Below are positions 37,871-50,831 of a stretch of DNA of 63,826 nucleotides, piece after piece. The DNA lies in assembly GCA_000934665.2 (NCBI GenBank), contig JYFJ02002056.1, positions 1-63,826 of the forward strand. Reading direction: 5' to 3'. The notes under the pieces were generated by a model. It had not been told where the DNA came from. It did not search any database and was given only the letters and a program-made list of their open reading frames with translations. A program made the translations under genes and the position numbers. This DNA is from Catajapyx aquilonaris. Its lineage: Eukaryota. Each line of letters begins with the position of its first letter. Within the stretch, counting starts at the first letter, position 1.

Positions 37871-40639
37871 AACTACAAGGACAGTAAGGACTGTTTGCGT
37901 TCTTTCCCACATGTGTGGTTGCCGTGCATGGGGATAGACAAAACACTGCTAGTATGTATATAAGGGGGCTTACCCGGCATAGCCATCTAACAGCCCCCAG
38001 CTTCATCAACAACTAATCACCGAATTGTGACAACATCATAAACCAACAAGAAGAGCCAAACAAACCTGGATAAAACCGAAAACCGAAAACCCTTAAGGCG
38101 CGACCACAAAAGCAATTACTAGATTATGGTAAGTGGCAAAGGTATAATAAGTGGGCAACGCTGCATGGTTTCCAACGAGAACACGATGTTACGGCCTGCA
38201 GGCAATGTATGCAACTGTACATGCATAGCCCTTGTATCAATAACACTTCCAGTTAAACATGGTTAACTACACATTAAATTGGGATTTTTGTTGATTTATA
38301 GACAGAATTTGGAATGAAATACATGTAAGATGAGCAGCAAAATATTTACTTCTTTTTAACGACTACATTATCTGCTGGAAGGAGAAGAAGATAGAAAGAA
38401 GAATTTACAACCATGGGAGACCACTTACGGCCACCTACGCCATCTATAACAATAAGGTATTGTTTGATATTGATAACTTTCAAAGAGTCGTCTGAAGTCC
38501 AGCGTGTTGATGACAACTCATCCTCCTAATGACAGTGCGTCTTCTGGGAAGGCAGGGTTCTCATGATAACGGCTCTATATGAGTCACTTCTTCTGTCGTC
38601 CATTTTTGGTACAAGTACATAATATGAATGGGGGAATCACTTATCCCAGCCTTCCATTTTTACTGTAGGTATAGAGACACAATCGGACTGTATGGGCCAC
38701 TCAAATGTTGGTGACGCTTTTCACGCATGGCCTTCCAAATAATTAGCCTAAAATGTCTTCCATCGTCTGTACTGTAGTCCGCAGTTTAGTCCTGGTGTCG
38801 GCGAGGGATGACTTGAGGTTGCCAGGCATCTGAAGACTACTAGTGGTTTTTCTACTTACGTGGAGGATGAACTATCCGCAAATTATTCGTACCTCTCTCT
38901 GTGAGCTTAAAATTCGTTCGTATCAGATAGTCTTACTTTTTGATATTACCTCTTCACGGCAATCATATAACTCTGCGGTGATGACAATCAGCCGCAGTCC
39001 ATCGGTCAGACTCACCTCCTCGAGTCGCAGGAGCACATCACTCTCACTCATTGCGGGTTTAGGTAGCAGCGCCCCGTCGGGGACCACCTTACCCCCTGGA
39101 GTCATCGGTGTATATCTGGTTTGAGTTAGTGATCATGTATTATGTACATTACTGAAGTATACTAGCTGATCACGTATTCCAGGTTGCAGGAAGTATAGCC
39201 GAAGTGTGTTATATTATACAAAGGTATTAATGGTATCTTTTGCAAGACGTTATTCAGTTCATTTCTCCCCAAGTCGTCAGCTGGAGCAAACCCATTTTGA
39301 TTTTGTTCATCCTAAACATCTATCGACTGACTTGTGAGTCTATTTATCTGCCCTTGAGTTGGAAATTCACCAAGTGTTGAACTTCACGGACTCGCACAGT
39401 AAGATTGAAGAGGTTATTGATTTGGGTAATTTCATTGAAGTATTCTTGTGTTACATTGCATTGATGGGAAGTACTCGCTTTGAAGAAGGTGATGTTTGTG
39501 AAGGTTTATTCTTGGATCATTATGTTTTTTGGTAATATTTGATGATGTCAAACGAATAATGTACAGTAACTTTGATCAAGTCATTTGTTTAACCCTTTAT
39601 TTCACTGCTTACTCTGTTCATTTATTTGCGAACCCTTTTTGCACTGTGAGATTTTACGCTGTGTGTTATTCACTTCCTTCCGTCTACATGCACGGTTATA
39701 GCCGTTATCACCGAATACCAACTTATCCCTCGTGGCCCTCTCTGTATTGCACGTTTTAGCCTCTTGTTCATCGCGTTGCTGGGGGGCTGTCTGAGCTTGT
39801 TGCGCATTCAACAGTAGATGGTGGCCAGGAGACATCCGCATCGCCGCTTTGGCTGGTTCTCTAACAAGACCAACAAGAGCAGGGCTTGTAAGGAACGCGT
39901 ATTCCTCTCCGCCGGAGTCTGTGCTGATGGTGGTGGTTCTGCTTCCGGACCCATTCCTTGTGCTGGAGCCGCAGATGTAGCCGGAACAAGCACATTGTTT
40001 TACTGGCCACCTTCAGTGTCTTAGAGCCAAATTTGTTGTCTACAATGACATTCTGGCAGGATTCAGTTTGATGTAAGGTGACTTCTGCTGAAGTTCCTAC
40101 AAATTAATGCCAGCTAAGTATTAGCTAGTGGTATAATATTATGTTGCTTAGACACATCAAAAAAAAAAACTTGCATTGTAATAAGTTCATACATTGACGT
40201 TTTATGCCACAATGACTCCAATATAGCCCCAAATGTAAATTCAATTCAACTCGCTGTTCGTATACAGATGATTTTATTTGGCCTAATAATATAATAGTCC
40301 AGTCTCTCAATTCAGAGGACTTATATCGGCCAGTATTGATGCTACCTTCCTTGGTGCCTTTTGACCAGCAAGACACTCCACGGACGGTGCCCCACGGTTG
40401 TGGTTGCCGTGCGTGAATATGTAGTAGAAGCATGTGATGATGATATGCGCAACAATGCATGGTTCCTTCCTTGTCTCACAAATCTCATACGTTGCTGGCT
40501 GTTCTCTGGGTTATTTCTCAAGGTCCCTCGGCATACTTTCTTACTTATGTGGTGAGCAACGATATATACGAAGAAACTGGGTCTGACAAGTCTACTCGGA
40601 ACCAGCTCAGAACCAGAAGTGAATAATTCGACTTGGTAT

Positions 40640-40780
40640 AGCCTAAATAAACTACTTGTGCTTTGCTCTTCAGGCCAAAATCTGAGTCAGATGTCATAAA
40701 TGTGTGACCCGGCACGAGAAACCAATGTTCCACTGAAATCATGGGTGTTGGAAGTGCCTCCTCCTGGTCCATGCACAGCA
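40640..40780 (-). mobile_element. Sola-like transposase fragment
   Basis: Minus-strand VEHWFLVPGHTFMTSDSDFGL matches the H.FL..GHT....D..FG pattern I associate with Sola-type DDD transposases. Confidence 0.55.
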
Positions 40781-41749
40781 TGTCGCTGTTTTTTTTATTC
40801 TCAATTGGTGATGGTGATGGTGATTGGTGATATTAAAATTTGTCATGCTTATTCACTGCCATAGTGAGCCAGAGAATAGTTAGTAATGTCACAATAGGAA
40901 ACTATCATTGTCAACTATGAAAAAATAAGTCATCATATCTGCGGCGTATGATGCTAATGAAGAAATATCGGAAATTTTAACCGGGGTGTCGGAAATGAGT
41001 TTAACCTGCCACTCGCTTTTGTGCAGGACAGGTATCAGTGTACTGCAAATCTGCCGTCATGTCACTAGAATAAAGGGATTTCTTATTTCATGTTTGTGGA
41101 TAACACAATCCACTGTTCCAGTGTTCGGCCACCATAACAGTTATTGTTTGTTCTTATTTGATCCCCATATTTGCTAAGATGTCTCTATATATTTCCTGCC
41201 TTTTTATAGGCTTCTTTTGATAGCCATCTCCCAACCGTTCTTCTGTCTCATTGGATACTGTAGATTGCTGCTAAGAGCCCCATGCCGCTTACTACAATAA
41301 TGACTTTTTGAGCTCTTTCCCACATGTGTGGTTGCCTTGCCTGGGACAAAGGCGCAACTCTGTAGTGCATATGTTGTCACCATTATTCAGTTGATCTAGT
41401 AAATGATCCGCGTTATTTGTGAAGGTATGAACCAAGTAATGCCAAGGGGCAAAGGTATTAATGCGAATACGTGGACAAATCGGCGTGGTTCTCAACACGA
41501 TGTTATACGGACGGTCAGACAATCTATGCAGCTACATGTATAGCACTTGCTCTAATAACACTTCCAGTTAGACTTGGTTAACTACACATTAAATGCGTAT
41601 TTTTGTTGAATCATAAGACATAATTTAGAATGAAATATTAGCAGTCTTATTTACTGCACTATTTGCTATGTACTGTTGAGCAAGGCTCAAGCAGATTGAA
41701 CCGCGTTAGATCTGGTCTGCTTCGCAGAAAGTCGTGCCAGACTCCCTCT

Positions 41750-42549
41750 GTATACACCTATTATAAATTATTCGCGATCGGGGCGATATGTCCTAAAGGT
41801 GGAGTATCCCTAAAACTGACTGTGAGTTTCTCTGTAAGTGAGCAACTGGATGCTTGTGTAGTATGCTCGCCATTTCAGATATGTAAGGTCTTCTTCATCC
41901 ACTGTCGTTTACGTGCAACCATTCATTGGCATGTCGAATCATGGGGGTGTAGTGCCGACTGTCTCAATTCTTTTCCTTTGTGGCAAAGGATTTCTGTGCA
42001 GACAAACTTGTTCGATGCTATTCTGACATCGCCAGGATCTAATCCGGAGCTGCCAGTATTCAACTTCCGTGAGCTCATCATAAAGCACGAGATGGAGCAA
42101 TACGCACCCGACGACTTCCTTGATGTTGTAGGTTGTCACGGTGCCATTGCCTCCTCATACGGAGCACTTGAGTTTCAAATCTACCTTCTGCAAGAGACTA
42201 TCGAGATTCACAGCAGAGCCTTGTCTTGGAACAAGATACCGCTGCATTCCAGAGTTTTTGTGCCAGATGGAGTCATTGGAGTGGGACTTGGTGTAGGATG
42301 AAAACTGCAGGAATTTTTTAAAAATGCACAAAATTGTTACTCTCTAGGTCCAATGTATAGTCTATCAGTGAATATTTCTGATGCCTGCAGTGACATGTGC
42401 AACTCATTATTGTTACTTCTTCTCCACCGTGGTTGTCTGGTTGGAGGCTGCCGGGGAGCTGGTACCACTGCTGGCACATCCTCGTCCCTATAGACGAGGT
42501 CATTACATCTTCGCTTGTATGATACTCTGCTCACTATCTTCTTCACCAT
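41750..42549 (-). pseudogene. Decayed spliced coding relic, possibly transposase-derived
   Basis: ATG-led segment MVKKIVSRVSYKRRCNDL.., strong acceptor TTCCTGCAG near 42305, then coding-like frames broken by stops (..LLQKVDLKLKCSV*GGNG..IKEVVG..; ..MSSRKLNTG..). Family not recognised securely. Confidence 0.25.
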
Positions 42550-43384
42550 CACAATTTTGTCCTATACGTCTAGGTCTGACCCAGTCAGAACGTCGCCGGT
42601 AAATTTCATCGGTGTCATTCAAAAGTCGAGAGCGTCTCCCTGTTAACATTTCAAATACGTGTAATGGGCATATGACTGGACATCATCCTATTTGTTCACG
42701 TATGTGGACACTCACTTCATCGCAACAACAAGTTACTATGGCGAGTATATATACTAGTTATGGTTTGGCCAAGAAAATACATAAGAATGCGTCACTGGGA
42801 CGAAAATATGTTTTCACCATAATGTTCTGCTAGCAATAAAGAAGATGTGGCAAAGTAAAACGATAAATGACCATTCCTTATTTGAGCAACGGAGAAGAGT
42901 GTTTTGTTTGCTTTCCCTGTAATTCTGCCATGGTGCGTCAGAGCTGGCTGCCCATTAATTCATGTGGCTCGAGACTGGAATCAGAAGTATTCGGTGGCGG
43001 TTCATTGCCATCCTACATCGCAGTGATTTCACAAAACAATTTATGTCTTATTAACGACTTGTGGATTTTTTCAGTGTAACGTTTTCCAGCAAAATGATAA
43101 TTTACTTTTAAGTACAAATATGCAACGGCACGGACAAGGTGGTGTATATAATACGTGATGGTTGTTTAATGGTTCCTGTGATCTAGCATGTGCTAGTGTA
43201 GAACTTCAAAAATGTCTGATCCAACGAATGACTTGCTGACATAGGAGACTTAAGTGAGGAAGAGAAAACGTTTCTCTCTCTCTCTTTTATACTGCCACTT
43301 CGCCCTTCGTTGCATCGCCCTACGAAACACCTGTTCTGAATTTCGGCATATTTTAAAATGATTCTGGCTAATAAGTACAATAAC

Positions 43385-43843
43385 GTGATTTTAATTCTCA
43401 ATACATAACCTATTATATTCAAACCACTTCGGCCTCATACATAACATATTATATTCAAACCACTTCGGCCTCATTATAAGAGTCTCATATAAGATTTAAG
43501 AGCTGCCACAAAGGCTACACCAACCACCTAGTTAAGTGAGAACATTCTGCGACTCTCACGTTATTTAATTCTCAATACATAACATATTATATTCAAACCA
43601 CTTCGGCCTCATTATAAGAGCCTCATATAAGATTTAAGAGCTGGCACAAAGGCTACACCAACCACCTAGTGAAGTGAGAACATCCTGCGACTCTCACGTA
43701 ATTTAATTCTCAATACATAACATATTATATTCAAACCACTTCGGCCTCATTATAAGAGCCTCATATAAGATTTAAGAGCTGGCACAAAGGCTACACCAAC
43801 CACCTAGTGAAGTGAGAACATCCTGCGACTCTCACGTTATTTA
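43385..43843. repeat. 138-bp tandem repeat, 3 near-identical copies plus a partial one
   Basis: CTCTCACG at 43553, 43691 and 43829 (exact 138-bp period); copies differ at only a few positions. Confidence 0.95.
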
Positions 43844-44310
43844 AAATGATTAGTTTTGAAATATTCTCCCAAAGCTCTTTTCCAGACTTTTGCGCAGGTA
43901 AAACATTTTAAATTCGCCATCATCATCAAAACATCAAAACATCATCATCAAAACCAATGTATGCCAAGAGATGTCAAGAGACACAAACTCTGCATCACAG
44001 GTCAAAAGTCGGTAACTATGGTCCGTAAAGGTCAAAGGGTATGGTCTTATAAATCTTTTTCTTGCCTACTTGCTGTCAGACTGACATGGGTTGATGCAGC
44101 TGACAGCAAGCGCAAGTGCAGGTAGGTGTAGTCTGGGCGAACATTACCCGTGGTTACACACCTCAACTCATTGTGGTTCAAGCAGAGTCATAATATGACA
44201 ATAATGACAATAACAAATGTGGCGGTTTCTATGTAAAGTGTCTTTGTTTGTTGGCAACACAAATGCTACTATCCTGACGAGTGGTGCCATCATGTCACAT
44301 AGAGCTTCTC

Positions 44311-45564
44311 ATGGAAGATGATAAGTCTAGCAGGTTTGTCCGACCTTCATTTCACAGATTGCAAGTGATAATCATTGCGTGTTGTCACAGAACACTACAT
44401 GCAGGCCATTCACACTTAAGTCTTTCCCAGCTCCAGCAGAAGAGCTTCCTTTTGTCCAACAAGAAAAAGACATTGCTCAGTGGCCCTAGTCCTATCGAGA
44501 ACTTCGGGAGATGGGGTGCCTTGAGGAGGTCATCGGCCACCGTTAATGTATTCGATCCTGCGACGCAGAAGCTGACGTGGTACATACTTCCCGCATCTGT
44601 GTTGGTGATTAAGAAGCTGGGAAAAGAACATATTCTGCGATTCGTAGAACTCATCAAGTGGCTCATTGTCGAGAAGGAGAAGATTGTGTATGTGGAAAGC
44701 TTCACCTTTGACCACACAGATATCTACAACAACCCTGAATTCACTGATATCATTGATAAGTTGAAGATATTCGTGCCTGGCGAGTATGACCTGTCAGATA
44801 AGGTAGATTTCATCATATGCGTGGGAGGCGACGGAACTCTGCTACATGCTAGCTCACTATTCAAGAAGTCAGTACCTCCAGTTATGGCCTTTAACATGGG
44901 GTCGATGGGATTTCTGACCCCCTTCAGCTTTGGCAGCTACCGAGAGTGCCTTACACATGTGTTTGAAACCAACCCATTCTTGGTGCTGAGGAGCCGATTG
45001 AAGTGCACCCTACTGAAGAAGGATAACATTGCGTCACTTGTCAGCTACTCGGTCTTGAACGAGGTTGTGATAGATCGCGGAGTGTCTCCGTACCTCTCGC
45101 ACATCGATCTGTTTATGCAGGGCAAGTACATCACTTCGATGCAAGGAGACGGTCTGATTGTATCTACACCAACTGGAAGCACCGCTTATGCAGGATCAGC
45201 CGGTGGATCCTTGGTACACCCTAGTGTGCCATCTGTGCTGGTTACTCCAATATGTCCTCATTCTTTGTCCTTCAGGCCACTAGTGATACCGGCCGGCGTT
45301 GAACTAGAGATCACTGTTACGCCCAACAACCGGAGTTCAGGAATATCGTTTGACGGACGGAACAGACAGGAATTTCGTGATGGAGACAGGCTGCAGATTC
45401 GGGTGTCAAGATATCCTCTCCCATCCGTCTGCTCTCAGGATCAGTTGTCGGACTGGACAACATCGCTCGCGGAATGTCTGCACTGGAATGTGAGGAAAAA
45501 GCAGAAACCCTTGGATGCTCCGGAACAGCCTATTTCTATGTGTACTTGCCTTGCCACCATGTAA
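44311..45564 (+). CDS. NADK: NAD kinase, cytosolic animal type; catalytic region in one exon
   Basis: DPATQKLTW..SVLVIKK, GGDGT, PPVMAF..GSMGFLTPF, LNEVVIDRG, GDGLIVSTPTGSTAY, TPICPHSLSFRP, FDGRNRQE, CLHWNVRKKQ. Probable in-frame 57-nt intron 44334-44390 (giving ~398 aa) and possible 5'-UTR intron at ~44122-44302. Confidence 0.93.
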   Translation: MEDDKSSRFVRPSFHRLQVIIIACCHRTLHAGHSHLSLSQLQQKSFLLSNKKKTLLSGPSPIENFGRWGALRRSSATVNVFDPATQKLTWYILPASVLVIKKLGKEHILRFVELIKWLIVEKEKIVYVESFTFDHTDIYNNPEFTDIIDKLKIFVPGEYDLSDKVDFIICVGGDGTLLHASSLFKKSVPPVMAFNMGSMGFLTPFSFGSYRECLTHVFETNPFLVLRSRLKCTLLKKDNIASLVSYSVLNEVVIDRGVSPYLSHIDLFMQGKYITSMQGDGLIVSTPTGSTAYAGSAGGSLVHPSVPSVLVTPICPHSLSFRPLVIPAGVELEITVTPNNRSSGISFDGRNRQEFRDGDRLQIRVSRYPLPSVCSQDQLSDWTTSLAECLHWNVRKKQKPLDAPEQPISMCTCLATM

Positions 45565-46619
45565 TAAGGAAGTAAAACAAAATTGTAGTAGTGAAGCCTG
45601 ATTGACACTGCACGAGGCGCTACACATTTTGTGTAACATATATTGGTCTCAATTGCAGCTATTGCAGTAGTCTTAACGGTTCAATGGAGCTGTACAACCC
45701 TTGGGTGGTTTGCTATAATTTTTACTGAGCAAAATAGGAACACTTGATATCTTTGTGAGTTATGAGGAGAAATGCCACCCTGTACGGTTGTTTGCTATCA
45801 AACGATGTATTGAAGTTGGATGTGTAAAATAATAATGCCATGCGTCACAGTATGACTTTCATGCAGCTTGGTAGACGATGTGATGGTGGGTCTATTGGAA
45901 AGGCGAACTGACGCTGTGAACTTGGTAGTAGTTGTCTTTTCTTCAGTTCAGTTAACATATCACTTTCCTTTCTTTTTAAAAAGAAGGCTAAGCCTTATTA
46001 ACAGCTGCTAAAAACGTAATAGTCACAAAGCCTCTTCATGTGATAAATGAGCTTAAAACACAGGAAGTAATATTGGGTTCAAGTCATCATCATCAACAAC
46101 AACATCACATTTCCCTATGAGGGGTAGTCGGCGATGAAGGGAGACCCAAGAAACTATAAACAACCCGTCCCACACCTCCAACCCTGGAGGAGGGTCGGAT
46201 ATGTAGAAGACATGTTATGTGTCGCAGCATGACTTGCTTGATATGATTGGTAAACCACAGTGGCCACTTACGGGAAAGTCGAACATGCACTGTTAACTTA
46301 GTGATAGTCTTCGGTACTGGTGACATCACTTTACTTTTTAAATAAATGCTATTTTGTGTTGCAGCGACTAGCAGCATAAAGGTGCAAAGCCTCGTATTGT
46401 GATTAATGTGCAGTAAAATTGGCCTCCAATGGTCTTAATGGTAACTTTATGATTCACAGGCCGGTGTGCATCTGGGAATGTGTGGGCCACATTTAGGTCA
46501 CATATTTATTATATATATTTGACAGGTTTCACATACACCTGACATGGCGGAATCCTCGTCATTTATAACGGTGTACGAGGGATGTTCAAGTCATTCCAGG
46601 AGGGATTATTATCATGGAC

Positions 46620-46870
46620 ATCGCTTTGATCACTGCTGATCGAAATACATCGTTCATACATCTTTGAATTATGCACAGGATCACAACCGTTTCGATGAGG
46701 CATTCCCGGCGTTAGTCATGATTGTAATCATATGGCAGTTCCGTCGATTCTGGTCACTTATCAGGTGATTATTAGATGATTATCATGTATGCTATTATCT
46801 GCTACCTTGATGCCCTCTTGTCGTGTTCTGCTGTCCAGAAGATGGTTGTACAAGTCGCTTATACCAATAT
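46620..46870. repeat. Dispersed duplicate of ~55815-56045
   Basis: Shared CTGATCGAAATA..ATCACAACCGTTTCG..GTCGATTCTGGTCACTTATCAGGTGATT..CTTGATGCCCTCTTGTCGTGTTCT. Confidence 0.8.
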
Positions 46871-46899
46871 GTCCAGTGGACTTGGTTCTTTTGTCTCGA

Positions 46900-49300
46900 T
46901 TCGGAATACTGTCAGCCTTTGCTCCTGCTATGACGCTATAATATATGCTATGACGATCGCCTGATCGATGGTGCATGCTCCTTTTGATGGTAACATCTAT
47001 TCTCGTACTGTTGAAGGGGAGGCCTTTTATGAATTGGTCTGGAGTGTAGCAGCGAATTGTCTCCAGGGGAATCTGAGGAAATCCGTTTATCCCAACTGGC
47101 TGCATTTTTGGTGCACTGTGTACACTTCCTTTAGGAATGACTACACCCTATCCTGTACCAAATTATGCAGAACGCGATTGGTTTCTTTTAATTCGCGAAG
47201 ACACAGATTTGGGACTTTCCTTTCAATGGCCAGTCGGAGGACATATCGATGCTTTCCCTGCCAGGTTCAGGCTGCATAAAATTCAGCAAGATGTAACCAT
47301 GTCTGTGATATCAGCTCCTGGTTTACACGTTAATTTTATTTCAGACAAAATGTTAACTGGTGAAGATTATGACGTATTGTGTCCTGGCGTCCTGAAGTCC
47401 TGGTAAGGCTGTTTGCCTAGAGTCCTCTGGTACTTGTAAGACATACTAACCAACCGCAAATTGTACCGGTGACTTTGTATGACTGTTGCAAGGAAAGTTG
47501 TGGAATATAGCCATGCATTGCGTAGAACATACTCTGGCCTCGCACATGTTGACAAGGCAAGTAATAATTGAAGTGTGACATCCTTATTGTCATAAACTTG
47601 AAAAATAAATATATTAACTTCGTGTGGTGTACCTGTATACCACAAGTAATTTGGACACTGTGTATAGGTCGCAGGCTTGCATTCCATATCTGAAGTGGCA
47701 CATTTTTTGGGGTGAAAATCCCCAAATACATATTTTGTATCTGTTACAACAGTGTGCAGGTGTAATATTTTCCATTCTTGTCATTAGGTGAATCACGTGT
47801 GACTTCAAATTTAGACAATAAAGTGAATGCGACAATAGTGTTTCACTGTCAGCTGGGTCAGTATATTTGCAATGATGCCACTACCCTTTAACTGTTAATG
47901 CCTGACAGCTGAATAATTATGCTCTGTATTTTTTCGTCATTCATCTACTGTAACAGAGATATAATTTTAGCAAAAATCACAATAATAATACCGGTATGAT
48001 GTGCATTATTACATGATTTTTATAACATTTCCTGCCGTACACATGAACAATGTCAAGTAAACCAATGTCGGAGACACAGACTCCACTGGATGCTTAACCA
48101 GTCGTGTACTTTGCTTAAATAACTTCTCAAAGGCTTCTCTCCTGGCGATAAACCTGTCCATATCGTCCTCTATCGTGTCCAGTTTCACCTGGATATCATT
48201 GTGCCCTCAGGCAAATTTCGCATCCATTCATATAAGGACCCAATTTTGAGCAGAAACATATTGTGACTTGAAACCCAATCTGATTCTAGTAGGAGGAACA
48301 CCATAGGCTCCAAAATAACTTACAGCAAAATATGCCAGTCAAAAATGCTACATGATAACTTTGCGATGATCATCAGGAATTGATGTTGTCTGCACGTGAA
48401 TCAATCAGTTGCTTAACTATGACTCTGAGTTGGATTTGGATGAAATGCTTTTCTCCTGGTAATTCCAGCTGGATTCATTACTGACTTATCAATTGGCTCT
48501 CTATTATGTGCCAGACCTTTTCCATGGCATGTGGTGGATTTATTTGTCATATGTTTCTCTACACTGACATTGCTGATTATTTTTGGAGGAGGAAATCTTG
48601 GTGCTATATCCATACACACACCTTTGCAGGAAGATGTAAAATTTGTAACAGTTATCAGGTATTGGAGATCAAATATGTATGAGGCAGCCAGCGAGCATGC
48701 CACTGCATGGCTGCACAACATTGATACACTTGGCCGATCATTGTTGCTTGCACGTAAGCTATACATATTTTGAAGCCCAACACTGTCTGGAAAAATTACC
48801 ACCTGCACATATATTATGAAGGTCTCTCTGAGTTGTGGCTGTGAAAGGAATACTATAGGTTCTCTAGAGCAAATTGTATTGCTCCTACAAATTGCTTCAC
48901 ATTATCTATCGTAAAACTTAGTAATTTTCAGCGGAATTTCAGTTAAAGATTAACCCTAGTTATTATAACTTACTAGTATATTGCAGCTGGCATCTGTTTT
49001 CATTAAAAAGGAGCCTGACTTGGTGAATAATGACTTGATAGTTATGAATGCCCCAATTTATGTAACAATTAATTTATTCCTGTCCACATTCACTCTGATT
49101 TCGCCAGCTGGTTACATCCTTGTATGACTATAGTGGCATTTCAGGTAATGTCCCCTCTAATAGTAGTTCTACTTGGCAAAGCGAGTATGTCACATACATT
49201 GCCAATATTTTTCTAGGCAGTGGTCCACGAATGAAACTCTCCAAAGAAAAGCACAATGTTACTTTGCCTATACCTAGGCAACTCAGTCGGTTTAGGCTAT
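46900..49300 (-). mobile_element. Highly decayed Gypsy/Ty3-type LTR-retrotransposon fragments (gag and integrase)
   Basis: Minus-strand relics: DQFIKGLP..DVTIK/GACTIDQAIVIA (gag-like, frameshifted, ~46950-47050); FIRGPLPR (~49220); RFPPPKIISN and AFHPN (~48440-48600), echoing integrase GPLP, RFG.P..IISD and YHPQ. Confidence 0.45.
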
Positions 49301-50831
49301 AATTAACAGATACAGAGAGTTCTTGAATTGTAAGGATTTGAGTCGACTCATCCAAGACATATTATGACATCCCGGTGCCTGGGATGTCAATCCTCGAGTA
49401 CGTTCTCTGTCAATTAGTTGCGTGAGCCGCTATAATTTTTTCTGTATTTTTTACTCTTTAGCAGCGGTTTTGTCCTGCTCATTTCTGACTTGAAGGACCC
49501 GAGTCTGATGCCTCACAAGTACTATTCACTTGGATGTAACACGGACTGCTCTGGCAGCGTTTCTCCTTGGTTATTGGTAAAGTGTATTAAATACCGTCTC
49601 AGGGAACATCCCGTGGATAAGTAGGTGTAGACTAGAAAATGCGAGAGTGGTTGTTGCAGCGGTCGTGTGGACATCGTGGTAACAGTTGTTTTGGTTCTCT
49701 TAGAGTGGTCGTTGGAGCGGTCTTTGTCGTTGGAGGCGGTTTGGACATAGTGGGAACAGTTGATGTGGTACTCTTATGTTGTCGTTGGAGCTGTCGTTGT
49801 CGTTGGAGGATTTTCATAGATATCTTGACCGTGTTTAAATAACAGCTTAATTAGGCCTGTGTCAGCAGTTGTCCTTAATTTTACTGCATCACATGCAATG
49901 ATGTTTGCCTCAGATGCATATTAAGTTTTGTCACCTTTGCCTTAATTTATCCCACTTATTCTGGTGTTAAATTTGCCTTGACTCGATGTAAACTTATTAC
50001 ATGTCGATGGTTATGCCATGAGAAGCTATTCGTGATGTTTGGTGATGTTTGGTGATGTGAGGTCTGGTCCAGAGTGTCGTACGCCGGGTTCACAAGAGCT
50101 CAAGAGGTCCTTACGGTTGGTTATTATTCAGAACAATAGTTCGTTCGGCATTAGCGTACTTCCATATTTTTGCTGGTTCATGTAGTCTTTATTGAATACA
50201 ACTGTCTCACGCATCAGAAAAGTATTAAGATGTCATTAAGTAATAATTACAATCAGTAATCACAATGAGTAATTTGTTAGGGGTATAGTCCACAAGGTAA
50301 GGGTTAAGGGAGCAACAGCCCTCTCAACATTTTCTAGACGTAAAAATGAAATATCTGCAACTTATTGATATGCTTATAATGCGCTTTGGATGCTATACCG
50401 TATGCATTGGAAGCAAGGTTTCCTAACTTGAATTCTGATCAAGAATTTCGCGGTTTCGCCCATGGTGCGCGCGTTTCGAGGCAATTTGATGTTGAACGAA
50501 ATGGCAGTTTCCTCTGGCGTCACACGCACTGATTACATTGCTTTGCTGTTTGTGACATTAATTTAATTTCCTATTCCAACATCCTGCGCAATGTAAAACA
50601 AATCCAGATGTGTGTTTGCTGATGGTTATCCATGTTTGCTTGGTTCACAGGCGTATTCGGGTGGGATGAATGCTAGTAGTGTTGGTCACTGTTGCCAATA
50701 ATGTCAGTGACACAACTTTGACTGTACAAGTACAGTATTTTTATTATTTATATCCTTACTCTAAGTACACGTTTGGGTGTTTGGCAAATACCTGGTATGT
50801 GTGGTACGACGATCCTGTAATTAGTGTCATG

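Larger units (their letters stand above)
29400..42920. repeat. Mosaic of locally duplicated, diverged and shuffled modules
   Basis: Approximate bounds. Module A at 31240-31400, 34260-34620, 37480-37950, 41100-41360; module B at 36070-36545 and 38460-38940; module C at 32880-33190, 36990-37265, 40380-40585; also 38135-38320 with 41440-41640, 32240-32320 with 40845-40905, 30190-30290 with 42800-42910. Confidence 0.75.

Noticed and set aside
41663..42301. 212-aa plus-strand ORF
   Set aside because: Non-ATG start and no recognisable domain; coding-like signal is on the opposite strand and broken.
43385..43843. Regular repeat array as a possible CRISPR
   Set aside because: Units are contiguous and identical throughout, with no unique spacers, no cas genes, and a eukaryotic context.
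44281..45564. Bacterial horizontal transfer of the intronless NAD kinase
   Set aside because: Has animal-type segments (GPSP..FG, DPATQKLTW, CLHWNVRKKQ); retroposition or intron loss fits better.
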